Source: Heyndrickxia faecalis
GTDB taxonomy: Bacteria; Bacillota; Bacilli; Bacillales; Bacillaceae_C
Length of the DNA stretch: 24,000 nucleotides
NCBI RefSeq assembly: GCF_018101145.1
Contig: NZ_JAGQEI010000001.1
Strand: one strand, 5' to 3'
This document shows positions 15,628 through 24,000 of this stretch, one piece after another; the stretch's first letter is position 1; each line of letters starts with the position of its first letter. The position numbers and the translations under genes are program-made. Under the pieces are notes generated by a model. It had not been told where the DNA came from, ran no database searches, and saw nothing but the letters and a program-made list of their open reading frames with translations.

Positions 15628-17040
15628 TTATAACTCAAGCCATTCCGTATGGAAGATGCCTTCTTTGTCAACGCGCTGGTACGTATGGGCACCGAAATAG
15701 TCACGCTGGGCCTGTAAGAGATTGGCAGGCAGCACTTCCGAACGGTACGAATCGTAATAGGCAAGCGCTGCGGACAAAGCCGGCACAGGTACGCCGAAGC
15801 GGACAGCTGTCGCGATGACTTCGCGCAACGCATCCTGGTAGCTTTCCACGATTTCCTTGAAATACGGGTCAAGGAGCAGGTTTTTAAGATTGCGATCGCG
15901 GTCGTACGCATCTTTGATTTTTTGCAAAAATTGCGCGCGGATGATGCAGCCCCCGCGGAAAATCATCGCAATTTCACCGTAATTCAAATCCCAGTTATAT
16001 TCTTCCGAAGCGGCCCGCATTTGCGCAAAGCCCTGGGCGTAAGAACAAATCTTGCTCATGTACAATGCTTTTCTGACCGCTTCAATGAACGCTTTTTTGT
16101 CTCCTGAAAAAGCGGGTTTTTCAGGCCCTTTTAGCAATTTGCTTGCCGCTTTCCGTTCTTCTTTCATGGCCGAGATAAAGCGGGCGAATACGGACTCCGT
16201 AATCAATGGCAGCGGAACCCCTAGATCAAGCGCACTCTGGCTTGTCCATTTGCCTGTCCCTTTTTGGCCGGCCGTGTCTAAAATGACATCGACAAGTGGT
16301 TTGCCGGTTTCTGGGTCTTTTTTTGTAAAAATATCAGCGGTAATTTCGATTAAATAACTGTCGAGCTCGCCTTTGTTCCAGTCGGCAAACACTTCGTGCA
16401 GCTCGTCCGCAGTGAGGCCGAGGATATTTTTGAGCAGATTGTAGGACTCTGAGATGAGCTCCATATCGCCGTATTCGATGCCGTTATGAACCATTTTCAC
16501 ATAATGGCCGGCACCATCCGGACCGATATAGGTTGTGCACGGTTCACCATTTACTTTAGCAGCAATGTCTTTTAAAATCGGTGCAACAAGGTCGTATGCT
16601 TCTTTTTGCCCGCCAGGCATGATCGAAGGGCCTTTCAGCGCGCCTTCTTCGCCGCCTGAGACACCGGTGCCGATAAAATGGATGCCGAGTGCACTTAATT
16701 CCTTGTTGCGGCGCTGTGTATCTTTAAAGAATGTGTTGCCGCCGTCAATCAAGATATCGCCTTTGTCGAGAAACGGTTTTAACTGCTCGATCGTGGCGTC
16801 TGTTGCTTCGCCCGCTTTGACCATCAGCAGGATTTTTCGTGGTTTTTCAAGCGAATGGACGAATTCTTCCATTGTAAAATAACCGAAAATATTTTTTCCT
16901 TCCGATTCTTTTAACATTTGCTCGGTTTTTGAACGGGAACGGTTGAAGACCGCAACGGTGTAACCTTTGCTTTCGATATTCCACGCAAGGTTTTTCCCCA
17001 TGACGGCCAAACCGATGACGCCGATTTGCTGTTTTTCCAA
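15628..17040 (-). CDS. gndA: 6-phosphogluconate dehydrogenase, decarboxylating
   Basis: The product is nearly collinear with B. subtilis GndA as I remember it ([20 protein letters not shown]..., ending ...GIFHTEW). The start is set at TTG 17038-17040, 6 nt after GAGGTG. The upstream 20 codons of ORF 15628..17100 have no RBS. Confidence 0.93.
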   Translation of the reverse strand: MEKQQIGVIGLAVMGKNLAWNIESKGYTVAVFNRSRSKTEQMLKESEGKNIFGYFTMEEFVHSLEKPRKILLMVKAGEATDATIEQLKPFLDKGDILIDGGNTFFKDTQRRNKELSALGIHFIGTGVSGGEEGALKGPSIMPGGQKEAYDLVAPILKDIAAKVNGEPCTTYIGPDGAGHYVKMVHNGIEYGDMELISESYNLLKNILGLTADELHEVFADWNKGELDSYLIEITADIFTKKDPETGKPLVDVILDTAGQKGTGKWTSQSALDLGVPLPLITESVFARFISAMKEERKAASKLLKGPEKPAFSGDKKAFIEAVRKALYMSKICSYAQGFAQMRAASEEYNWDLNYGEIAMIFRGGCIIRAQFLQKIKDAYDRDRNLKNLLLDPYFKEIVESYQDALREVIATAVRFGVPVPALSAALAYYDSYRSEVLPANLLQAQRDYFGAHTYQRVDKEGIFHTEWLEL

Positions 17041-17121
17041 TGTAGACACCTCAACATGATTAGATTGTAAAGTCTTTCCTTTGCGCGCAGGTGGCTGCAA
17101 GCAAAATGGAAGTCTTACATT

Positions 17122-17151
17122 ATTGTACCAAATATCCCCTGTTATTATAAA
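17122..17151 (-). promoter_or_regulatory. Extended -10 promoter candidate for gndA
   Basis: The minus strand reads TTTATA (17146-17151), an 18-nt spacer, then TGgTACAAT (17122-17130). Confidence 0.45.
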
Positions 17152-17167
17152 GAAAAAGACAGCCCAG

Positions 17168-17191
17168 CCGGAAAATATTTATATTTTCCGG
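17168..17191. repeat. 24-bp perfect palindrome CCGGAAAATAT-TT-ATATTTTCCGG
   Basis: Read directly: the 11-nt arms are exact reverse complements. It sits in the divergent gndA/DUF1450 intergenic region, just upstream of the proposed gndA -35. Confidence 0.9.
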
Positions 17192-17250
17192 GAAAGAAGT
17201 GTCCGTGTATACGATTTCCGATGAACCGGGACCTCGGGAAAGCGCGCCTG

Positions 17251-17280
17251 TTGGGATTTTTTTAAAGCTTACAGTATAAT
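17251..17280 (+). promoter_or_regulatory. Sigma-A-type promoter candidate for the DUF1450 gene
   Basis: TTGGGA (17251-17256), an 18-nt spacer, then TATAAT (17275-17280). Confidence 0.4.
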
Positions 17281-17328
17281 GGATAAAGATGCCGTTTTAC
17301 GGCTTTTAAGCAAAAGGAGGAAACGGGA

Positions 17329-17574
17329 TTGGGCATTATTTTAGTCGAAATATGTGAAGGCAGCCTGATCAACACAATTGATGTGGAAGCAGAACTTGAA
17401 TCCCGGTATCCTGAAGTTGCGGTGATTTCAAATGAATGCTTAATGGCGTGCGGCTTATGCACCTACAGCCCATTTGCGATGGTGAACGGAAAAAGGATTT
17501 TTGCCAAAACGCCTGAGGCTTGCCTTGAAAAAATTAAAGCAGCAATTGAAACGGAATTAAAGAATCTGTCGTAA
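17329..17574 (+). CDS. DUF1450 (YuzB-like, UPF0349) small Cys-containing protein
   Basis: VEICEGSL...ECLMACGLCTYSPFAMVNGKRIFAKTPEACLEKI resembles B. subtilis YuzB (EFCVSNL...GCLSYCGKC..SPFALVNG). The TTG start follows AAAAGGAGGAAA. Confidence 0.72.
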   Translation: MGIILVEICEGSLINTIDVEAELESRYPEVAVISNECLMACGLCTYSPFAMVNGKRIFAKTPEACLEKIKAAIETELKNLS

Positions 17575-17645
17575 ATGGTTCTCGTTTCAAATTGTTTTTT
17601 ATATTATAATGTGGAGTGGAGCATTCGGGATAGGGGGATAGCAGG

Positions 17646-18155
17646 ATGGATATTTGGACTGCGTTCAAATACAGCTGTTTATTGCCGGGAAAAAGAGCTG
17701 CTTTTCGTTTGAACAGGCTTCCGATGGACAGGACGGTTTTGTATGTGGTTCTGCTTGTTCTTATGGTTTCCTGTCTGCATATCCCTGCGATTTTAACCGG
17801 CGGATCCCTTGATGCCCTGAATGCCATCCAATTTGTTTTTTACTTTCTGTTCGCTTATGTGCTCGTTGTCCTGTGCGGCGTATTGGCGGGCATTTCTTTG
17901 CTCGCTTTTGCCGGATACGGGCTCAGGAAGCTGTGGAAGAGAAAACTGGCCTACCAGCATTTATGGAAAATGTCATGCTTTGTCATAACGGTCCCGTTCA
18001 TTTTACATACAATCATTCATGAATGGTTTACGAAAAACGGTTTTGTTTCGGGTGTGGTGCTGATCGGGTATCCGCTTTTTTGTTTGGCGGCGATGATCCT
18101 CCACTATCCGGAAATAAAGAGGCATCAAAGCAAAGAAGGAGAAGAACATGGCTGA
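17646..18155 (+). CDS. Integral membrane protein (about 4 TM), family uncertain (N-terminus reminiscent of DUF1189)
   Basis: The RBS TAGGGGGA lies 7 nt upstream of the ATG. The product has several long hydrophobic segments. Its 3' end overlaps the murB start by 8 nt. Confidence 0.6.
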   Translation: MDIWTAFKYSCLLPGKRAAFRLNRLPMDRTVLYVVLLVLMVSCLHIPAILTGGSLDALNAIQFVFYFLFAYVLVVLCGVLAGISLLAFAGYGLRKLWKRKLAYQHLWKMSCFVITVPFILHTIIHEWFTKNGFVSGVVLIGYPLFCLAAMILHYPEIKRHQSKEGEEHG

Positions 18156-19059
18156 AAAGACAATTTTACAAGACTTGCGTTCGCTCATTTATCCGCGTCA
18201 AATTCTGGAAGATGAACCGTTAAGCAAATATACATTTACAAAAACAGGGGGAAAAGCGGATATTTTGATTTTCCCCGAGACATATGAAGAAGTGCAGAAG
18301 ACGGTCCGTTTTGCCTCTCTGAACGGCGTGCCGTACACGATCCTCGGCAACGGCTCCAATCTGATCATCAAAGACGGCGGCATCAGGGGAATTGTGCTGA
18401 TTCTGACTAGATTAGCGAAAATATCGCATACAGGCAATGACATTACAGCCCAGTGTGGTGCAGCCATTATCGATGTTTCGCGCTATGCTTTAAAGCAAAA
18501 GCTGACAGGGCTTGAGTTCGCCTGCGGGATACCGGGATCTGTCGGCGGTGCGCTGTATATGAATGCGGGGGCGTATGGCGGGGAAGTCAAAGATGTTCTG
18601 AAAAGCGCGCTTGTCCTGACCAAAACAGGCGAGATGAAAAGGCTTGAAAAAAGCGATTTGTCCTTCCAGTACAGGAAAAGTTCCATTGCGGAAAATGGGG
18701 AGATTGCGCTTGAAGGGACGTTCAGCCTGGAGCCGGGCGACGCACAGGAGATCAAAGCCAAAATGGATGAATTGACTGATCTCAGGGAATCGAAACAGCC
18801 ACTTGAATATCCATCGTGCGGCAGCGTGTTTAAAAGGCCGCCCGGCTATTTTGCAGGGAAACTGATCCAGGACAGCGGGCTCCAGGGGAAACGCATCGGG
18901 GGCGTCGAGGTTTCGACAAAGCATGCCGGGTTTATGGTGAATGTCGGCGGCGGAACGGCAACGGATTATATGAATTTGATCAAATTTGTCCAAAAAACGG
19001 TAAAAGAAAAATTTGGGGTAGATCTTGAGACAGAAGTAAAAATTATCGGGGAAGATTAA
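18148..19059 (+). CDS. murB: UDP-N-acetylenolpyruvoylglucosamine reductase
   Basis: [43 protein letters not shown] and [10 protein letters not shown] are the type II MurB pattern. The RBS is AAGGAG. Confidence 0.93.
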   Translation: MAEKTILQDLRSLIYPRQILEDEPLSKYTFTKTGGKADILIFPETYEEVQKTVRFASLNGVPYTILGNGSNLIIKDGGIRGIVLILTRLAKISHTGNDITAQCGAAIIDVSRYALKQKLTGLEFACGIPGSVGGALYMNAGAYGGEVKDVLKSALVLTKTGEMKRLEKSDLSFQYRKSSIAENGEIALEGTFSLEPGDAQEIKAKMDELTDLRESKQPLEYPSCGSVFKRPPGYFAGKLIQDSGLQGKRIGGVEVSTKHAGFMVNVGGGTATDYMNLIKFVQKTVKEKFGVDLETEVKIIGED

Positions 19060-19064
19060 AAAAT

Positions 19065-19108
19065 ATCCCGGTTCTTTTGCATGTAGCAAAGGAATCGGGA
19101 TGTTTTTC
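19065..19108 (+). terminator. murB terminator
   Basis: ATCCCGGTTCTTTTGC (19065-19080) pairs with GCAAAGGAATCGGGAT (19086-19101), including two G-U pairs. It is followed by TGTTTTT. Confidence 0.6.
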
Positions 19109-19451
19109 ATCCTTTCCGGCGGATATCGGTTAACCGGTTTCCACGGTATTTGATGTACACTTGGTCGCCAATATTAAAATTTAAATACGTATCGCAGTCG
19201 ATCGCAAGCGTTTTGCCGTTATTGAATGCGATCGCGCAATACGGTTTTGTCGTTGTTGGTGCCACTTTTATTTTTCGCTTTGTTTTCACACCGGTTGCAA
19301 CCGGCATTTCTTTCCGGTTGGGCGTGTAAAATTTATCGATAATCTTTACGCGCTGATAGCTTACCGGGCGCTGAAAAAAGATCAATCCTGCAAGCACGGC
19401 CAGACAGATGATGAATAAAGCCAGTTTCCATTTCAGTTTTTCCATTGTCAT
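19107..19451 (-). CDS. Small N-terminally anchored protein of unknown function
   Basis: The RBS GGGAGTAGAGGG precedes ATG. The single TM segment is KLALFIICLAVLAGLIFF, followed by a Lys-rich linker and a short beta-rich-looking domain. No family was recognised. Confidence 0.5.
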   Translation of the reverse strand: MTMEKLKWKLALFIICLAVLAGLIFFQRPVSYQRVKIIDKFYTPNRKEMPVATGVKTKRKIKVAPTTTKPYCAIAFNNGKTLAIDCDTYLNFNIGDQVYIKYRGNRLTDIRRKG

Positions 19452-19612
19452 CCCTCTACTCCCAGAACGTCTCTATGAATATCTTTATGGGGCTCTTCAT
19501 TAAAATATGTATATACCACAATCAAATGCTTTTTTAACCGAATCTTTTTTGAAACTTTTTAAGGCCAGTTTCGTATATGGATTAGACTCGTTTAGCAGAA
19601 AGTAGGGATGTT

Positions 19613-20551
19613 ATGAGTGAAATGGCGCTCTCGGTCAAAGGGATTACAAAACAAATCCGCTCGCGCAAAATTGTGGACCAGGTCAGTTTTGAAGTGAAAA
19701 AAGGTGAGGTTTTCGGCCTTCTCGGTCCAAACGGCGCCGGTAAAACAACGATTATCCGGATGATTGTTTCATTGATGAAACGCACAAGCGGGGAAATCTT
19801 TATTAACGGCAAAAGCCTTGATAAAGATTTCAAAGGGGCTTTGAATGAAATCGGCGCGATCGTTGAAAATCCGGAATTTTATCCGTACATGACCGGCTAT
19901 CAAAATCTCGTCCACTATAAGAGAATGTCAAGGAAACCCGTTTCCGAAGAGAGATTATGGGAAGTCGCAAAGCTTGTCAAACTGGAAGATGCCCTTAAAC
20001 AAAAAGTCAAAACGTATTCGTTGGGAATGCGGCAGCGGCTCGGGGTTGCCCAGGCGATTTTGCACCAGCCTTCGTTATTGATCCTTGATGAGCCGACAAA
20101 CGGCCTTGACCCGCAAGGCATCCGCGAATTCAGGGGCTATTTGCGGGAGCTGGCAGGAAGCGGGGTATCTGTCCTCGTTTCCTCGCACCTGCTTTCAGAA
20201 ATGGAACTGATGTGCGACCGTTATGCCATTATTGAAAAAGGAAAACTGATCCATATTGAAACGATGGCAGAAACGACAACGGTAAAACAGGATGACCGCC
20301 GCGATATCTTGTTTGCAACGGATGACAGCGAAAGCGCGAAGCAGACGGTGGAGAAACAGCTCCATTTTCCGGTTTCCATTGTCGATGATACGCGTATTTT
20401 GGTTTCGGCAGCTTACAAAGACGCAGCCGTTATCAACGCAACATTGGTAGGAAGCGGCTGCAACGTCTATGAAATTCATTTTGAAAAGAAAACGCTGGAA
20501 GACCGTTTCCTTGAACTCACGAATCATACAACAGGGGAGGAAAATCAATGA
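19613..20551 (+). CDS. ABC transporter ATP-binding protein (ABC-2 exporter type)
   Basis: Walker A is GPNGAGKTT, the signature is YSLGMRQRL and Walker B is LLILDEPT. A C-terminal extension of about 90 aa is typical of ABC-2 ATPases. Confidence 0.9.
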   Translation: MSEMALSVKGITKQIRSRKIVDQVSFEVKKGEVFGLLGPNGAGKTTIIRMIVSLMKRTSGEIFINGKSLDKDFKGALNEIGAIVENPEFYPYMTGYQNLVHYKRMSRKPVSEERLWEVAKLVKLEDALKQKVKTYSLGMRQRLGVAQAILHQPSLLILDEPTNGLDPQGIREFRGYLRELAGSGVSVLVSSHLLSEMELMCDRYAIIEKGKLIHIETMAETTTVKQDDRRDILFATDDSESAKQTVEKQLHFPVSIVDDTRILVSAAYKDAAVINATLVGSGCNVYEIHFEKKTLEDRFLELTNHTTGEENQ

Positions 20552-21495
20552 TCGCTTTAATCCGAAATGAATGGATGAAAATATTTGCCCGGAAAAGCGC
20601 ATGGGTCTATATGCTCCTGATTGTCGCGTTCGTGCTAATTGCTGCACTGTTTTACAATAAGGTGTACGGCAAAGACGATCCAAACTGGCGTACGAAAATC
20701 GAGAAAGAAATCAAAGCGGATGAGGCGCTAATGAAAAAGGATCCTGAACAATACGCGGACCTTGCGCCAACCATCCAAAAAAACCAAGATTATTTGAAAT
20801 ACAATATCAATCCGGATGCCCATTCAAACTGGCATTTCATGAACAATGTGGTCATTCCGCTCGGTTCATTTGTCACCTTGTTCAGTGTGATCGTTGGGAG
20901 CGCCAACGTTTCATCGGAATTTGCATCCGGGACGATTAAGCAACTGATGATCCGCCCGCATGCGAGATGGAAAATTTTGCTGTCCAAATACATTGCTGTC
21001 ACAGCCTATGCGGTATTGCTGCTTGCCGTTCTGCTTATAGCCGGCTATTTGATTGGCCTTCTTTTTCAGGGATCCGGCAGTTTCCATATGAAAATGATAG
21101 AAAATACTGTGGGTGACAGCCAATATAAAATTAAAGAAATCGGACCGCAATTTTTCCTGAAATTTGCCCTTTATTTGCCGAGCCTTGTCATGGTAAGCGC
21201 GATTGCGTTCATGCTTTCGACCTTGTTCAAGAGTCAGGCTCTGGCTGTTGGAATCGGCATTTTTGCCCTGTTTATCACAAACACACTGGGTGGGATTATT
21301 CTATTTCTGATGAACCGGTACCATTGGCTGAAATTCCTGATTTTCCCGCATTTGGACTTGTCTGTTTATGCGTACCAGGATAAACTTACAGACGGTGTCA
21401 CCTTGCCGTTTTCATTAATCACGCTTGCTGTTTATTATGTCGTTTTTATGACCTTGACCTTTTGGTATTTTCAAAAACGCGACATTGCGTTTTGA
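20548..21495 (+). CDS. ABC-2 family transporter permease
   Basis: The start overlaps the ATPase stop (ATGA). After the first TM segment there is a large extracytoplasmic loop, followed by five or more hydrophobic segments. Confidence 0.78.
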   Translation: MIALIRNEWMKIFARKSAWVYMLLIVAFVLIAALFYNKVYGKDDPNWRTKIEKEIKADEALMKKDPEQYADLAPTIQKNQDYLKYNINPDAHSNWHFMNNVVIPLGSFVTLFSVIVGSANVSSEFASGTIKQLMIRPHARWKILLSKYIAVTAYAVLLLAVLLIAGYLIGLLFQGSGSFHMKMIENTVGDSQYKIKEIGPQFFLKFALYLPSLVMVSAIAFMLSTLFKSQALAVGIGIFALFITNTLGGIILFLMNRYHWLKFLIFPHLDLSVYAYQDKLTDGVTLPFSLITLAVYYVVFMTLTFWYFQKRDIAF

Positions 21496-21520
21496 TACAA
21501 CGGGTAAATTCAGGTACAAT
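21492..21520 (+). promoter_or_regulatory. Near-consensus sigma-A promoter overlapping the ABC permease stop codon
   Basis: TTGATA (21492-21497), exactly 17 nt, then TACAAT (21515-21520). Confidence 0.5.
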
Positions 21521-21542
21521 GGCTGTAAAAGGCCGGGTGAAG

Positions 21543-21579
21543 GAGGGATCTGCCAGAGCAGGTCTCTCTTTGCTTTTTT
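21543..21579 (+). terminator. Rho-independent terminator (ends the ABC operon and/or acts as attenuator in the vanZ leader)
   Basis: An 11-bp stem, GAGGGATCTGC (21543-21553) pairing with GCAGGTCTCTC (21558-21568), includes two G-U pairs and has a 4-nt loop. It is followed by TTTGCTTTTTT. Confidence 0.7.
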
Positions 21580-21677
21580 AAAGCGGCGGACGCATCAGGC
21601 TGTACGGGCGGCGCATAGCGTGTGCACCCGCCGAATAGGATGATAATGGGGGCTTGCCCGGACCGCTGGAGGATGAT

Positions 21678-22142
21678 ATGGGAAAAAATAACCGGAAAAA
21701 AATCAATGCGGCCGTTTTGTTCATTTTCATTGTGTATGCTGCTTATTTAGCGGAACTTTTGTTCTTTATCCCGTACCGCCATGCGCCCAATTCTGCCAGC
21801 CAAAATATCATTCCGTTTAAAACGATCCGAATGTATATCCTTTATTACCGTTACTTTCAATTTGAAGTCTGGTTTTCCAATCTGTTTGGGAATATTTTCA
21901 TGTTTATGCCGTTCGGGTTTTTCCTGCCCTTTCTTTTCAGGCGGCTGAGAAAGGTCTGGATAATGGGATTGCTGTCGTTTTTGGCATCGGCTTTGGTGGA
22001 AACCATTCAAGGATATTTCCATGTCGGAGGTTTTGATGTGGATGATATTTTGCTGAATACAACGGGTGGATTGTGCGGTTACGGTATCTTTTTACTGGTC
22101 CGCAAGCTTGTGAAAAAAATCAAAATTGAGATTTGGCGTTAA
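21678..22142 (+). CDS. VanZ-like family membrane protein
   Basis: The start at ATG 21678 follows GGAGGATGAT. NIIPFKTI, NIFMFMPFGFFLP, ETIQ and FDVDDILLNTTGG are the VanZ family signature. Confidence 0.82.
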   Translation: MGKNNRKKINAAVLFIFIVYAAYLAELLFFIPYRHAPNSASQNIIPFKTIRMYILYYRYFQFEVWFSNLFGNIFMFMPFGFFLPFLFRRLRKVWIMGLLSFLASALVETIQGYFHVGGFDVDDILLNTTGGLCGYGIFLLVRKLVKKIKIEIWR

Positions 22143-22222
22143 ATATGCATAAGAAAAGCCCTGCGGTGAAAATCTAACGAGGACCAATCAATGGCCGGCC
22201 TGTAAAAGGGGGGAAGTATGCA

Positions 22223-22672
22223 TTGGATGAAGAAAAACTGGTCCGATTTTTAAACCAGGAACTTTCAAATTTTACAGTGCTTTATATCAAACTGCACCGT
22301 TACCACTGGTATATTCAGGGAAAAAACTTTTTCACGCTCCATGCTTATTTTGAAGATTTGTACCGGTCATTTTCAAAACAAATGGATGTGCTTGCCGAAA
22401 GAATTTTGGCAATCGGGGGACGGCCGCTTGCGACCATGTCGAAATTCCTTGACCAGAAGACGCTTGTTGAAGCGAGCGCGGATAATGAAGAGGGCGAACT
22501 GCTGCAGCAATTAAGGGAGGATTTGGCGCAGTTGGCAAAGGAAATCCGGGAAACGGGGATTCCGCTGGCGGAAGAAAACAAGGACAATGCCACCGTCAAT
22601 CTGCTCACCCGTTTTCTGACCCGGTTTGACAAAGATATTTGGATGCTGGATGCGATGGCGGACAAACGGTAA
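22223..22672 (+). CDS. dps: Dps-family DNA-protecting ferritin-like protein
   Basis: LHRYHWYIQGKNFFTLHAYFEDLY supplies the ferroxidase-site His/Asp/Glu pattern. The product is 149 aa. The TTG start follows AAAGGGGGGAAG. Confidence 0.88.
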   Translation: MDEEKLVRFLNQELSNFTVLYIKLHRYHWYIQGKNFFTLHAYFEDLYRSFSKQMDVLAERILAIGGRPLATMSKFLDQKTLVEASADNEEGELLQQLREDLAQLAKEIRETGIPLAEENKDNATVNLLTRFLTRFDKDIWMLDAMADKR

Positions 22673-22714
22673 ATGCCGCTGCTTTTTTCCTAAGCCGTGA
22701 AAAAGCAGCGGCAA

Positions 22715-22751
22715 ATAAAAAAACAGCCTTTCCATTTGATGGAAGGGCTGT
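22715..22751. terminator. Bidirectional terminator between dps and mntH
   Basis: ACAGCCTTTCC (22723-22733) pairs with GGAAGGGCTGT (22741-22751). An A-run lies on the left (a T-run for the minus strand) and TTTCACTTT on the right. Confidence 0.7.
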
Positions 22752-22757
22752 TTCACT

Positions 22758-23966
22758 TTATATAAATGTATCAATCAAAAGGAACAGATTCAGGCATACG
22801 ACGAATCCTGCCACGATCCACGAGATGATGCTCGTTATCCGGTGGTTCACCAGTTCACCCATGATCTGTCTGTTGCTCGTGAACAGAATCAGCGGGACAA
22901 GGGCAAAGATGATCCCGAATGAGAGAATGACCTGGCTTATTACAAGCGCGCTTGTCGGGTTGGTGCCCATCATGATAATGAGAAGCGGCGGGATCATTGT
23001 GATCGCACGGCGCAAATAAAGATTGATCCGTTTGTTGATAAACCCTTGCATGACGACATCACCGGATAATGTGCCGACAGAGGAGCTGGAAAGCCCTGCA
23101 ATCAAAAGGCCAAGGCCGAAAGAGATCGCCGCTGCCGGTCCGATATGGGTGTAGAACTCACGAAACGCGACATCCAGATCTTCCACGACAAGGCCGTTTT
23201 TATAAAATACACTGGACGCAATCACAAGCATGCTCATATTGATGGCCCCGGCGATCACCATTGCGATGATGATGTCGATCAATTCAAATTTGAAAATTTT
23301 TCTTTTTTCCAGCTCGTTTTTTCCGACGATTCTGTTTTGCGTCAATGAAGAGTGCAAATAGATGGCATGGGGCATGACGGTGGCGCCGAGAATGCCGGCA
23401 GCCAGGACAATGCTTTGGATGCCATCGAATTTTGGCGTGACAATCCCACCGAATACTTTTACCCATTCCGGTTTTGCCAGAAATGTTTGCAAAGCAAAAG
23501 CGAGCACGACAATCATCACAAGGGCGGCAATCACTGCCTCAAACGATCGGTAGCCGCGGCGCTGCAATTCGAGGATAGCAAACGATCCGACTGCTGTAAT
23601 CAATGCGGCCGGCAAAAGCGGAAGGCCGAAAATTAAATACAGGCCTAAAGCTGCGCCGATAAATTCTGCCAAATCTGTTGCAATAATGACTAACTCACTT
23701 TGAATCCATAAAAAGATCGACACCGGTTTTGGAAAATGGTCATGTGCCACTTCCGGCAAATTTTTCCCGGTTGCAATGCCGAGCTTTGCGGAAAGGGACT
23801 GGATTAAAACGGCCATTAAGTTTGAAAAGGCAATGACCCAAAGCAGCATATAGCCGTATTTCGATCCTGCCGTAATATTGGTGGCAAAATTACCGGGATC
23901 GATATAAGCAACGCCTGCAATGAAGGCCGGGCCTAGGAAAGGCAAAATCCGTTTTAACCCTTTCAC
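22758..23966 (-). CDS. mntH: NRAMP-family divalent metal (Mn2+) transporter; N-terminus probably extends past the window edge
   Basis: GVAYIDPGNFATNI (the DPGN motif), a multi-TM layout and ATVMPH.IYLHS are present. The reading frame stays open from 23966 to position 24000, and the GTG at 23964-23966 has a poorly spaced RBS. Confidence 0.88.
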   Translation of the reverse strand: MKGLKRILPFLGPAFIAGVAYIDPGNFATNITAGSKYGYMLLWVIAFSNLMAVLIQSLSAKLGIATGKNLPEVAHDHFPKPVSIFLWIQSELVIIATDLAEFIGAALGLYLIFGLPLLPAALITAVGSFAILELQRRGYRSFEAVIAALVMIVVLAFALQTFLAKPEWVKVFGGIVTPKFDGIQSIVLAAGILGATVMPHAIYLHSSLTQNRIVGKNELEKRKIFKFELIDIIIAMVIAGAINMSMLVIASSVFYKNGLVVEDLDVAFREFYTHIGPAAAISFGLGLLIAGLSSSSVGTLSGDVVMQGFINKRINLYLRRAITMIPPLLIIMMGTNPTSALVISQVILSFGIIFALVPLILFTSNRQIMGELVNHRITSIISWIVAGFVVCLNLFLLIDTFI

Positions 23967-24000
23967 ATCCCCCCGTAGTACAGCTTGTGCGCTCGTTGTA

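Noticed and set aside
17041-17100. Twenty extra N-terminal codons on gndA ([20 protein letters not shown]).
   Set aside because: The GndA Rossmann fold begins at [18 protein letters not shown] followed by TTG at 17040 gives a protein of the expected length of about 470 aa.
17168-17191. The 24-bp palindrome considered as an intrinsic terminator or a CodY box.
   Set aside because: There is no U-tract on either strand, and only about 9 of 15 positions match AATTTTCWGAAAATT. It is kept only as an unassigned operator candidate.
22143-22222. Looked for a PerR/Fur box (TTATAATNATTATAA-like) or a SigB promoter (GTTTAA-N14-GGGTAT) upstream of dps.
   Set aside because: No acceptable match was found in the 80-bp spacer. 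dps may be co-transcribed with vanZ or use a promoter I cannot recognise.
1-24000. Scanned for CRISPR repeats, IS or transposase, integrase or phage genes, tRNA or rRNA, and long direct repeats.
   Set aside because: None was recognised by eye. Repetition is limited to short inverted repeats (terminators and operators) and the codon-level low complexity at 12.9-13.3 kb.

Overview
This window reads as ordinary chromosomal DNA from a Bacillaceae-type Firmicute. That assignment is an inference from close resemblance of many products to remembered Bacillus subtilis proteins (TnrA, Ndh/YjlC, ProBA, GndA, MurB); no database search was run. I support 25 coding regions, including one edge fragment and one frameshifted gene, plus one gene relic, one T-box leader, several Rho-independent terminators and a few operator or promoter candidates. 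Left to right, the genes are: tnrA, a YvpB-like C39 peptidase, rpiA and an NrnB-like DHH phosphoesterase; yjlC-ndh on the minus strand; T-box-proBA; an ArsP/DUF318-type permease and a metallophosphoesterase; selD-selU; a Gly/Met/Tyr/Pro-rich orphan ORF and a relic of a GlcD-type FAD oxidase; a fabG-like SDR with a split MaoC (HadAB-like) dehydratase pair; gndA, a DUF1450 protein and a membrane protein coupled to murB; then a small anchored protein, an ABC-2 exporter pair, vanZ, dps and mntH. I saw no rRNA, tRNA, CRISPR array, transposase, integrase or phage genes, and no clear novel multi-gene system. The items most worth a second look are: (1) the rearrangement scar at about 13.4-14.7 kb, where a truncated and frameshifted FAD-oxidase relic abuts an SDR/HadAB-like module whose SDR is itself frameshifted in a T7 run; (2) the low-complexity Met/Tyr/Gly/Pro-rich ORF with a sporulation-type -10 element; (3) a near-consensus promoter that fires straight into a terminator upstream of vanZ, which could be a small RNA or an attenuator; (4) a near-perfect Rex operator in front of the Cys-motif permease next to selD-selU; (5) a 24-bp perfect palindrome in the gndA/DUF1450 divergent region. 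All family calls come from motif recognition by eye and should be confirmed by HMM or BLAST searches.
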